A stretch of 64,000 nt of DNA. It comes from Octopus bimaculoides. Taxonomy: Eukaryota. The stretch is taken from positions 114,704,823 through 114,768,822 of the forward strand of contig NC_068982.1 of the NCBI RefSeq assembly GCF_001194135.2, written 5' to 3'. The stretch's first letter is position 1. Each line of letters begins with the position of its first letter. Shown piece by piece: positions 25,358 to 37,200 of this stretch. A model generated the notes under the pieces. The model worked only from the letters and a program-made list of their open reading frames with translations, was not told the DNA's origin and did not search any database. The translations under genes were made by a program, and so were the position numbers.

Positions 25358-27447
25358 AATAGTACAGAAGGCGATGGTAGGTTGTTGGTGATGCTGCTGC
25401 TGCTACCGCCGCCGCTGCTATTTTCTAATCTCAGGTCAAACCTGATTGAGTAGACCTATGAGCAAAAGCATTCCAACCGTTAGTATCCCGCTCCTTTCCT
25501 GTATACCAGAAACGCGTTATACAAGATATTTCTTTTCTAGGGTGTTAGGGTATCTTTGGAAGGAGATTTGGCTGCTATTTCTAGCAAAGTGGGAGACTAC
25601 AAAGACGTCCCCTCGAGTGTTGTGGGTTAGTAGACTCGGTAGAGTGTGAGATAAAAAAAAAACTTGCGGTCTTTAATTACAACCTCTTACATTCTAAGTT
25701 ACAATTCCACCGAGGTCAACTTCGCTTGTCGTCCAACTGGGATTAATAAAATAAAGTACCAGTCAAGTGCTGAGGTCGTATTATAGAGATGGTGGTGAGG
25801 TGAGATGCTGCTGTTCTAGTTGCTGGTGATAATGTCGGTGATGTGGCGGTGATGGTATCGTTATGGTCGTTGTTGCTTTTATAGTTGTTTGTTCCCAGCG
25901 GACCTATGATCAATAAAGTTCCAAATACAACCACCTTTTGTCAGTACGCTCTTTTTCCAAGAAGATGAAGTGAGGTTTAGGAGTGATTTGGCTGCTATAT
26001 TCAGCAGATTGAACGTTGTATATTTGCGCAGTAAGACAAATGAAATACATCGAGCGAAAAACCTGAACCGGATCTTGGCAAAACTCTATGGTGCCTTTGT
26101 TGATTGTATAAGATATTCAACAGTAATGCGTGGATAACTCTCGCTCAACGAGACGAAAGGTTGGAGAGAAATATCACTGCACGAGTAAGTCCACCTACAT
26201 CTATGTAAAGTATCTCAGGTGAAACGACTTTTATCTTACCACTTTTAAGTAGTTGCAATGCAGAGTGACGAGCAATGCATTGGATTTCACTCTTCTTTCT
26301 TACTATTTGTCTTTCTTTTTTCTGAAGTGGGAAATTCAGCCGTAATAGACATGAGCCGTATCAAGCAAGAGAGGTTTGTTTCTTATCGACCTAATGTTGC
26401 AGAAACGAAGATAAGCTTCGTCCCTGTGGATCCAGCTGGTTCACGAAAGGCTTTGCAAGTTAGCTTCTCTCTGGAGATTAAACTCATCAAAAAATTTTGA
26501 AAGATACAGATGTGTGGTACTGTTAATAACAGCTTGTTATGTTTTGTGTCTGTAGTTTTCGAAGTTGCATTTTTCCATTTATACAATTTTTGGAATACGG
26601 ATTTAACAACTTGAAGCTCGAAAGGTAAAGTAAAAAATGTACCACTTTTAAAACCAGATTCCTGGTTACAGGCAGTGTAATGCCGTGTTTATCATAAAAG
26701 AGGATTAGTGCTGGCGAGATTGTCAGGATTAAAAAGTGAGAGGACAATTTACCAAGTTTAATAAGTATAAATTGGCTTCAACTCTTTTTTTATTGTATCT
26801 CTGATGAAATACACTGCCTTTGTTTCAATTGATTTTGAAAAGAACGTGGTGTTTCGAACATAAATTAGCCCGAAATTTTAAGAGAAGATTTAAAACAGTT
26901 AGTTTGCTTAAAAACAGTAAGTTTTATAGAACCAAAGGCGGTCCACAAGTAGGTTGGTAAATATGTTCAACACCATGGCGAAAAAAGAACAATGATATAG
27001 AAGCAATCCCTATCGTTTTCTCATTAGTAATGTGACGGGGATGATCAGATTTTTCACCTATATTTGCCGGCGGTGGTGCTGGGTATCTATCAATTTGCGA
27101 ACCACAGGTGAAATGTACTGTAACTAAAATCACATACTACGATCCCGAGGTAATGACATTATGCTGCTACCTGTATAACGTCATGTTACAGTGTAATTAC
27201 ACTATGTAATTACACCTGTAGATGACGTTTTGTCATAGCAGTGACATTACGATGCTCTCCATATGACACCATGTTACTGTGTAATACGGATACATTGATA
27301 TCTGTATATGACGTCATGCCACAAGATAATGACACGATGTTCATATCACAGCATAAAATCATATCACAACCTAGTGACAAAACCTCATATAGTAACACAA
27401 CATCGATAGCTGTATCGTAAGCTATGTCACAATATAATAACACGCGC

Positions 27448-27670
27448 TAAAGCGGCAAGCTGGCAGAATCGTTAGTACGCCGGGCAAAATGCTTAGCGGC
27501 ATTTCGTCCACCTTTACGTTCTGAATTCAAATTCCACCGGGGTAGATTTTGCCGTTCATCCTTTCAGGGTCGATAAGATAAGTATCAGTTGAGAACTGGG
27601 GTCGATTTAATCGACTCACACCCACCTCCTCGAAATTGCTAGCCTTGTACCAGAATTTGAAACCATTATA
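27448..27670 (+). mobile_element. SINE family A copy
   Basis: GCGGCAAGCTGGCAGAATCGTTAG...TCATCCTTTCAGGGTCGATAAG...CCTTGTACCAGAATTTGAAACC. Confidence 0.8.
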
Positions 27671-28089
27671 ATAGCACTCGTAATAACACTTGTACAAATT
27701 TCTGTATATGGTATATCAAGTCGTAATGGCACTACATCGGTCTCTGAATTGACGTTATATCATGACGTAATGGCATACAGCTATATCTGTATCTGACGCT
27801 ATCTTATGTCGTACTGACACTGATACTAGTATCTGACCTCAATAAATCTTAAAACTCTAATAAACGTCACGGAACATTATTCCATTTTTTTCATTAGCAT
27901 ATCGCCCCATTGGCCTATTGGTTCTTTCTTGACTCGATCCCCAGATTCAATACATTTTGCCACGAAGCTTTCATATATCTCTGATATTGTTATATTCTTT
28001 TTATTTATTGAACATTCGATTTTTTTTTCTCATACTTAATTTCAATCTGAATCTTTATTTACATCTATCTGATCTGCCTTTCCCCCTTC

Positions 28090-28124
<35 letters not shown>

Positions 28125-28366
28125 TATATATATATTTATATATATCATATTTATATATACGTACATACATAAGCACGCGAAAGCGCGCGCGCACACACAC
28201 ATGTACGTATATATACACATGTGTGCACACATATATACATAGATACATACATAACACATTATTTTCGATTCATATCTATATTAGATACTTTATTTATAAC
28301 ATGACTAATTTGCATCATTCATGCTTCACTATTTTCCCCGAGTTATACATACATACTTATATATAT

Positions 28367-28411
<45 letters not shown>

Positions 28412-28419
28412 TGTGTGTG

Positions 28420-28465
<46 letters not shown>

Positions 28466-28638
28466 TATGTGTGTGTATCACTGGGTGTATACATATATAT
28501 ATATATNNNNNNNNNNNNNNNNNNNNNNNNNNNNNTATATATACACATATATATATATATATGTATATCATATATATATATATATACATATATGTCTATA
28601 TATACATATATGTACGTATATATATCCATATATACATA

Positions 28639-28678
<40 letters not shown>

Positions 28679-28680
28679 AC
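28090..28680. repeat. (TA)/(CA)/(TG) microsatellite field with gap
   Basis: Direct reading; source of the YIYI/IYIY ORFs. Confidence 0.9.
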
Positions 28681-29728
28681 ACAGTAGTGTATAATTTCTT
28701 TCCACCATTTTTCACTCTTACATCATAATTCTTTCTAATTGCCTTTTGATGTTCGCATAGAATCCCTTTGGAATTTTACCATCTCTTTCATTTGCAGTCC
28801 ACTATCTCGTTAGGGCTTTGACTCAAGTGATACTACTGAATAAAGAGTTGTGGAATAAACCGAAAGTAAGAAGATTCGTCGATATTTTTGTTGTTGGTGG
28901 TGGTGTTGTTGAGAGGGTGTTGTTGTTGTCACTGCTGTTATTTTTGTTTTTGCTTTTTGTGCTTGGTTTGTTTGTTTGTTTGTTTTTTGTTTTGTTTTTT
29001 CTTTCTTGTTCTAAAATGGTTATGTTCAGTATGAAACAAATTATTGAGACTTCGATATTTACAGAAAATTTACGCAAAACAAGTAAAGAATTGTGTTTTT
29101 ATAACATAGTGCTGTAAATATATCTATAGGTTGTTGTTTATTTTCTTTTTCTACCATAAAATAGACGAATGTAAAACTTGCTGTGAGGAAAATAGCATAT
29201 GAAGGTAATTTTCACTGGACTACAATTATATCTTTATAATCAACATTTCGGGACATGCACATGTACGCAAATGCATGCAAATGAACCCAAAATGATAACC
29301 AAATATCTAAATATTTCCCTTTGTCATAGAAACGTCATATTCAAAGAAAATGTTATGTTTATTAATCCTTTAGTTTGCTTTGGGTTGTTGCTGTTGTTCT
29401 TGTTCTTGTTTTGCTTTGAGAATACTGAATCTAAAATTAGAGAAACTTGCCTGGTCTTTAATCTCTTATGCGATTCTTTTGCTTTGCATACTGCCAATTG
29501 GTCGCTTGCTGATTTCAATTATGTGGAGAAGAAGGTAAAGTAAATAAATAGAATCGTTATGTTGTGTTTTTGCCGCAAGGCAAGCCCAGGGCTAAGATGA
29601 TCTTTTAACCAACAAATATGTCTTTAACGTTTCATCTTGGTATCCATCATATCTCATTCATATCTATTTTACTTTTAATGGCTGCCATAGAGTAGAAGAT
29701 GAGCAGTTTCCAGTCCGTAAATCCGTAA

Positions 29729-29729
29729 T

Positions 29730-29824
<95 letters not shown>

Positions 29825-30078
29825 GGTGGTGGTGGTGGTGNNNNNNNNNNNNNNNNNNNNNNNNNNNNNNNNNNNNNNNNNNNNNNNNNNNNNNNNNNNN
29901 NNNNNNNNNNNNNNNNNNNNNNNNNNNNNNNNNNNNNNNNNNNNNNNNNNNNNNNNNNNNNNNNNNNNNNNNNNNNNNNNNNNNNNNNNNNNNNNNNNNN
30001 NNNNNNNNNNNGAGGAGGAGGAGCAGCAGCAGCAGGAGGAGCAGGAGGAGCAGGAGGAGCAGGAGGAGCAGGAGGATG
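29729..30078. repeat. (TAG)n-(TGG)n, gap, (GAG/CAG)n
   Basis: Direct reading. Confidence 0.85.
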
Positions 30079-30949
30079 AGCTGTTTAACTACAGTTCATC
30101 TCTGAACTGGCTGAGCAGATATAAAAGCGTTCATACATATTGTGTCAGGATGCAAATTGGTGCAGACATAGTTAACATAGTTATATTGTTAAAAGTTCGT
30201 TTTGCAATCATGTAATTCTGGATTTTCACCCTACCACATGGTATCGTAGGCAAGTACCTTCTTCCAAAGCCTTGGGTTGACCCAGATTTTTTGTGAGAAA
30301 TTGGACTGATGGAGACCGTGAGGAAACACTCCAAACTATTTCGCGTATTTGACTTAATCCGCCACTACATTTAAAACCAATATCTAACATTTAGGTATCT
30401 TTGACGGAGTGGCTTTTGTATCAAACATTTGGTCTCCCGGTAATTCCTTAGTCGTGACTCCTTCTCCTTCTACTTCCCCAGTAGTGTAACTTAAGTGAAG
30501 CGGGGGCAGACCGTCCCAGACGACGCTTTTATAGGAGTGGCAGTTTCGGGTCTGCTGTATAAACAGTATAGGCTTGGGGATCCAGAGGCCAGCAAACACA
30601 AAGGCTGAACCGGGTGGCACATACTCTAGCTACGCCACTGCTATTCCCGAACGCCATAAGTGGGAGCCCTTCAAAATGAACGTGGGCATTGCTCTTTTAC
30701 ATCTGACTAAGCCAATACATTGTGTGTTCCCTTTTTAAGACGGCAGAGGGTTGTTTTAAGGTGATTTGGCTGCTATTTCTAGTAGGTTGTGTCCACTTAG
30801 AGATTCCATTTATGGTTCGTCGACAACATAGTTTCGGTTGTCTATTGAAACTATTTCATTCCATCTACGCCATTGGTGCTGTTAAGAAAGCCTTGAACAT
30901 CTACCAATACCTTAAATATTCAAAGTTCCACGCCTATCTGGAGCAATAG

Positions 30950-31340
30950 GAAGACATGGTTGTGTGGTTGTACGTGGTCTTGTGTTCAGTCTCGCTAGGT
31001 GATACCTTAGGCAGGTGACTTCTGCTGTAGCCCTAGGCCGACCAAAGCCTTGTGAGTGGATTTGGTAGACAAAATTAAAAGAAGCCCGTCGTATATATTG
31101 TGTGTATGTATGTATGTATGTATAAATGTGTGTGTGTATCTACGTGTGTGTCTATGTTTGTGTTTGTCCCGCTTGGTAACTGGTGTTGGTTTGTTTACAT
31201 CCCCATAACATAACGGCTCTGCAAAAGAGACCGATATAATAAATACTAGTCTTCAGCCATAAGTATCAGTGTCAAATTGCTCGACTAAATCTTTCAAAGC
31301 AGTTCCCCAGCATGTCCGTAGGCCAATGACTGAAAAAGGG
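30950..31340 (+). mobile_element. SINE family C (CORE-like, internal (TG)n)
   Basis: CCTTAGGCAGGTGACTTCT...GGCCGACCAAAGCCTTGTGAGTGGATTTGGTAGAC...AAGAAGCCCGTCG followed by a microsatellite and a conserved tail. Confidence 0.75.
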
Positions 31341-31499
31341 TTACAGATAAAAGATCCAATTCTGATAATTACAACACCATACTGATTTAAGAGAGATAAT
31401 ATATCAATAAAGTTCCCTCAAACTAAAACTCAATTTGTTATATTACACTTCCCCTTTACAACTGAAATGAAGACTTTTTGGCTTATTGAGATACTGGTG

Positions 31500-32200
31500 A
31501 TTTGCAAATTTAGACAGAATATGAGATTCGGAGTAGATGCATAATGATATTGTAAGCATGTATGATCAATAATACTTTTAGTATTATCAATAATAATTGA
31601 AACCCTTTCATCCTGTCCTCTTAACGGAAATTGCTTCACAAGTAACATTATCTATAGCGTAACTGTAACAACGAAAACTACCACACCAATCACAGCCACA
31701 TATATAGGATCAGCAGCAAATCGGTTCAAAACATGATACAACCAACACACGTACTTTCCGCAATCCAAACAAGAAAAATGATACTTCACAATTTAAATGT
31801 ACATGGACACTAAAGTTAAAAAAAGAAACAGTTAAGATTTAATTGGAAATACAGTCCCAAACAAAAACCATGCAAAATAAAAAATCTCTGTACCGCTGAA
31901 TCCTACCAAATACTCTTCTTTGAGACCCAAATACTAAACTCTGAGTTAGTCTCTTCCTACAAACGCAAAATCTTTGAAACTCTAAGATGTCTCAAGCCTA
32001 TAAATTTTTCTAATGGTTAAACATGAAAACTAGCACTCCTTCTACCCTACATTAAATAATAATTCTACCAACAACAGACACTATGGCTTTTTACTCAAAG
32101 ACTCTACTACGATTAATTTCGATAACTATCAACTACAATACCCACAAAAACTTTCTACCTAATGACCCATTTGAAAAATGAACGAAATAGAAGAATAAGT
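31500..32200 (+). mobile_element. Second decayed Penelope-like element (GIY-YIG part and pLTR remnant)
   Basis: From 31611: SCPLNGNCFTSNIIYSVTV...TYIGSAANRFKT*YNQHT, then FRNPNKKNDTS...WTLK after a frameshift. This is a GIY-YIG of a different PLE type from the 22-kb copy. Eroded hammerhead-like motif at 32153-32194 (ttctac-ctaatga-c-cattt-gaa-aaatg-aac-gaaa-tagaa). Confidence 0.7.
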
Positions 32201-32522
32201 ATCCCTGTGTATTACACTTTTAAAGACGTGTATTCAAAGAATTTTATATACATCTCCATATATTCCTACCGATAATGCCATACATCAAATACCAAGCCAA
32301 TCATATGCATACACGACTCCACATAGTTCACATATAAGGATGATCATATATATACCACGAGCATAAAGATTTATCCGGATATCTATAGCGGTACATGTCA
32401 CTTATTTTTTAAGGTAACGTAGATAATTTTACACAACTTTTTAGGGGCGTACATTCAGTAAATGCACTAACACACCTACGTGTGAATGAATATATATCTA
32501 TACAAAATTTAGGGAATGGAGT

Positions 32523-32627
32523 AGATAAAGTCCAGACTGTATGTTTCAGTCCAGATAAAGTCCAGACTGCATGTTTCAGTCCAGATAAAGTCCAGACTGC
32601 ATGTTTCAGTCCAGACTGAATGTTTCA
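32523..32627. repeat. 30-bp tandem repeat, about 3.5 copies
   Basis: AGATAAAGTCCAGACTG(T/C)ATGTTTCAGTCC with exact period 30. Each unit contains a GACTG...CAGTC hairpin. Confidence 0.9.
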
Positions 32628-33187
32628 TAGATAGCGTAAGATCAGAAGTAGTAAATTAACCAAACGTGGAGTAGACCGCTAGCTACTTTTCAAGCCAAGG
32701 ATACCTTGATTATATCAAGTTTACATTGTCGTTAGGAAATTCCATGTAAACTCATTGGGGATTCGATCGAATGAAGGACAATCACGCAATATCACTGTAT
32801 GTAATAATGCAAACAACAAAACCACCATAGATCAAGAACCTTTTAACAAGTTCAACTTTACGAGAATGAAGAACAACACAAAACAACAAGACCACAAGAT
32901 ATAAGATTCACAGACAAAAAGCATATCAGTCATATATTTTCATCACTAGCTGCCTAACAGATATTACTATGATTTCGATACACATGTATGCATATGCATA
33001 GTTAGATCACTTTATAAAGGTATGTGTATGCATTTGAGGATGAGTGGATATGCATATGAGTGAACTGAAGTATGCATGCATATGTATAGTTGTAATATAT
33101 ATGTGTGTGTATTTGTATAACATATATTTGTGTACATTTTGTGGGTATACATACATTTGTATATACACAAATATATAAACATATATA

Positions 33188-34056
33188 CGTAGTCTGATCA
33201 ATAAGTATTCGGACTGTTGCCATAGTAACGAAGCTAAAACACGCAGAGTGAGGCTGCTTGGCACAAATTGACCTTAAACCCTCATGTGCATGCGCACTAA
33301 GTTTTAACCTTCTAGCTCACTTCTGCTGTTTACAGCAGTGCTTGGAAGGAAGTTGTGTAACGTGTGATTGTTGCATTGACCACGACAAAATTGAGAAGAA
33401 AATCTGCATCAAATTTTGCCAAAAGCTTTGCAATACCTACTCAGAGACCTTCCCAAAATTTTCAAAAAGTTTTCAGCATTCTCGACACAATCAAGGAGAT
33501 CTTGTGCAGCTGAAACCCGAGCGTCTTTTTGGTCAGCTGAAAGCAGTTTGGCACAAACTTGGCGTCTCATACCCAAATCTTCACTGATAATGGACTGAAA
33601 TGAACCGTAACTAATCTGCACATCCTCTGATAACTCATGGATAGTGATTAGACGATTTCCCCTCACAGCTGCACGCACATCTGCGATGTTTTTCTCAGTT
33701 CTGCTGGTTGTGGATCGTCACTATCGACATTTTTTCGGTCATCTTGGAAACGTCTGAACCACTCGTACACTTGTGTGCGTCTCATACACCCTTCTCTATG
33801 CACTTTCTGCAACTTTGCGTAGGTCTCTGAGCAGGTATCGCCATGACAACTTTCTCTGTCATGGTGAATGCAACGATCACACGCTACACACCTTCCTCCC
33901 AAGCACTACTGCAAACAGCGGAAGTGGGCTAAAATGTTAAAACTTAGTGCGCATGTACAACACTGTTCAGGGTCAATCTTTGCCAAGCGGCTTTACTCTG
34001 CGTGCTTTAGCTTCGTTACTATGGCAACAGTCTGGATACTTATTGATCAGACCTCA
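33188..34056 (-). mobile_element. Internally rearranged mariner (Mos1-like) derivative
   Basis: Ends (C/T)G(T/A)(A/G)GTCTGATCAATAAGTAT..GGACTG, TA-flanked. Transposase N-terminus on the minus strand: TQVYEWFRRFQD, ITIHELSEDVQISYGSFQSIISEDLGMRR. A second N-terminus (KICIKFCQKL) is on the plus strand. Confidence 0.88.
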
Positions 34057-34073
34057 TATGTATTTATACACGT

Positions 34074-34076
34074 ATG

Positions 34077-34158
<82 letters not shown>
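34074..34158. repeat. Long (TG)n microsatellite
   Basis: Uninterrupted TG run next to the mariner end. Other simple repeats at about 1430-1500, 2185-2322, 2815-2970, 4510-4682, 6920-7010, 12540-12805, 13648-13687, 53083-53132 and 57888-57924. Confidence 0.9.
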
Positions 34159-34161
<3 letters not shown>

Positions 34162-34170
34162 GGAGAATTC

Positions 34171-34207
<37 letters not shown>

Positions 34208-37200
34208 AAGAATAACTTCAGTTAAATAAAGATTTTACATCCTCAATTTCAATGAGAGTGCTTAGATCAATCTGAGACCACGATAGAAGATATTTGTCTA
34301 AGATGCGGCCCAGTGAGATTGCTTAACCATACGACAATGTCTATGCTCATCTTTTCTATCAATATCGTAATATATTTTTGAATAAACCCTTAAAAATATT
34401 TTTTTCTAATTGTCAACATTTTGACAGTTTCTCTGTAACATTTAATTACACATTAACCCGCTTCTATGAATCCAATTAAAATTTAAAGTAAGTTGGCTAA
34501 TTAAAGAATAGCATTCCAGACTTTTCTACACAGCGTTTGTTTTCTTCTTTAGATCGCTTTACACTTAATTAAAGCCAATGTTTCGAAGTCTAAACATTTG
34601 ATAAAGGAATTCTACTTCTGAAAATTCAATTAAAGAGTATCTCTCGCGCTAAAACTATTGTTATGTTTGTTTTTTAGATTGTTTTAGCCATAACGGCCAA
34701 AACCATGCTGGAATGCTACATTCAGTTATATAACTAATAGTTTTATAAATCAGTAACAAAAATAACCGGGACATTGTGACGCTGAACTAAATGTCTTGTA
34801 GTATTTTAGTTACACTTCTCAATGTTTAGTGAGTTCAAACCCCTGCGAGGATGACTTTATTTTTCATTCCTTTGCAGTTTGTATGACTGGTTTCTAACAG
34901 AGAAGCAGGGCCACAAACGTGTAAGGAGGAGTATGATTGATTATATCTTCTTCAGTATTTATTTTATCAACTCCGAAAAGAAGAAAATCAAAGTTGAATT
35001 TGACACGTTTCGAAATAAATTAACTCTAATATACTGGGTGACATGCAAACCATATTGTGTACAAAAATCGATCTTGTGACAATTTAAAACATTACTACTG
35101 CCAAAAATAAATGCCAAGTCACTCTCCTGATGATGCTAAGGTCTTTCAGAAAAGCATAACCGTCGCACTTCCCATTATTACCCTTCCTCATAAAATTATG
35201 TATTTACACCCAATCTAGAACTGCTACCACTACAACGACCTATGATCCATTATTTTTTTCTTTCATTTGGAGGAGGGTAGGTTTAACATGCTACTCAAAT
35301 TAAATCATCACCTGGTACTTCGATATCTTTAGTTTGAGTGGAAGGCCTGACATTTTATCCAATTTAATATCACCTCCTGATTCGTGGATGCTTTTAGTTT
35401 AGATAGTTGAACTAACGTCCATTCAGTTTAACGCAATTATCGAGTTGCCAGGATGCCTCGGATTCAGATGGGTGACCTAATATGCTATCAAGATAAACAC
35501 CACCACTTGGTTCTTTGATTCCTTTAATTTGGATGGTTGACCAAACATACTACCTAGTTCACCATCATCTGGTCCTTGCGTGACTTTAGTAAAATTCACT
35601 TTGTTAGAAGTATTCGAACGAGACTCCTGATTACCTTCACGAGACTTCCTGATTCATTTTCCTTTCAGTCAATTATTAAACATGCTCCAGCCGAATAAAT
35701 GCTGCATCAATCTCATTAGCCAAGAGGAAGCCTACAGAAGCCGCAACTCTCTTCTCTCGATTATCTTGAAGAATGAAAAAGGTCAGAGAAACAAATGTTA
35801 ATCGAGATTAAGATTTAATACAGACATAAGTAAGCGTGGGTATGTATGTACGTATACATTGTGCATGTACACGTATGTAGCTGGCTGGCTAGATGAATGG
35901 ATGGATGGATGTCTATCTCCCATCTATGACTTAAATCGATTTCCCAGAGGAAGAGTAGGCTCCTATTATTTTGACCAAAACCGTGGGGAAGACAACTCTT
36001 CTAGGAGAAAGATACTCTAAACTTCCAGTCAAAATAGTATTGGTCATTTTCCCATACTTGTCACCAGAACCTTTTATGGCAACCAAGAGAGTGGCAAAAG
36101 TTTTGAACAAACTTTTGTTATTTAAATCCAATGACATACAGATATTTCACAATGTGAAACAGGTATCACTTGACAAGATAAGGCAATCATCTTGTATGTA
36201 TGTAAAAAGCATTCACAGCATAAGTTGACCAAGGAAAAAATTCGGTTGATGTTGTTTTTTCTTATATTATCAATATCAACCCATGGATATTAGATATTCT
36301 ACAGATCAACTTCTTTCAAAATAAATTACTGATGTTAATTACTTAAAGATGCCACCCGATTAATTACAATTACATATATATATATTTTATATAAATACGC
36401 TAATCTCACACATCTGCTCGTGCGTACAATATTGTGCATATACTGAGAGCCTCTCATCGTTACTTCGGTGAAGAACAGAAAAATATATGCTTCACTGAGG
36501 AGTTTTAATACAATCAAAACATGGCCAGAACTGTATTTGTTAAAAGGATTAAAATAATATTAGTCATTGAGTTAAAGTTGTCTTTACCTCACCAGATAAT
36601 TATTTCTAATTAGATTTTTTATAATCACTACATTATATATGTTAATAGTAATTTAATCTACCTAAATAATGGAGAACTATCACTTTATTGGAGGAGTGCA
36701 TTATGTTGCTAAGACAACAAAATATTCTACCCTCCGTCATTTCTAGTTTACAAGGAGAGTTAGGTACATTATTTAAGGATACAATAACAGTACCTAGAAT
36801 ACTGTATGGCATTATAGCCAATCAGCACATTTTTTTCCATTTATTATTTCTGATGGTACTATAACAGTTGGGTTCGATCCCACGTTTTGCCGCATAGAAA
36901 TCACAAGTTGATCATGTGCGCAAACCCAATTTCAGTTCAATCAACAGTTTTTGTTCACGTGATAGTCTGGTGGCATGACTAGAACCTTCAGTAAACAGAG
37001 CCTACAAATACAGCTCATTTGAACGCAAAAACTTTAGATTGGGAGTTCACTCTCAACAACTAGCGATAGGTGAAGAACACACCACGGCAACAACTATGTA
37101 CTGATGTATAAAAATTAGCCCTGATGGTGAATTTCTGACGAAGACTTTCCGAACTTGTAATATACGTCATTTCATCTGAATATTTCTCTTCTTGCACTAC

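Noticed and set aside
27030-27095. FAGGGAGYLS as a Fringe/galactosyltransferase GGAG motif
   Set aside because: Two stops immediately upstream in that frame and no other family motifs.
35931-36228. Overlapping antisense ORFs of 68 and 85 aa
   Set aside because: No recognisable homology and weak splice signals; kept only as part of the broader low-confidence region.
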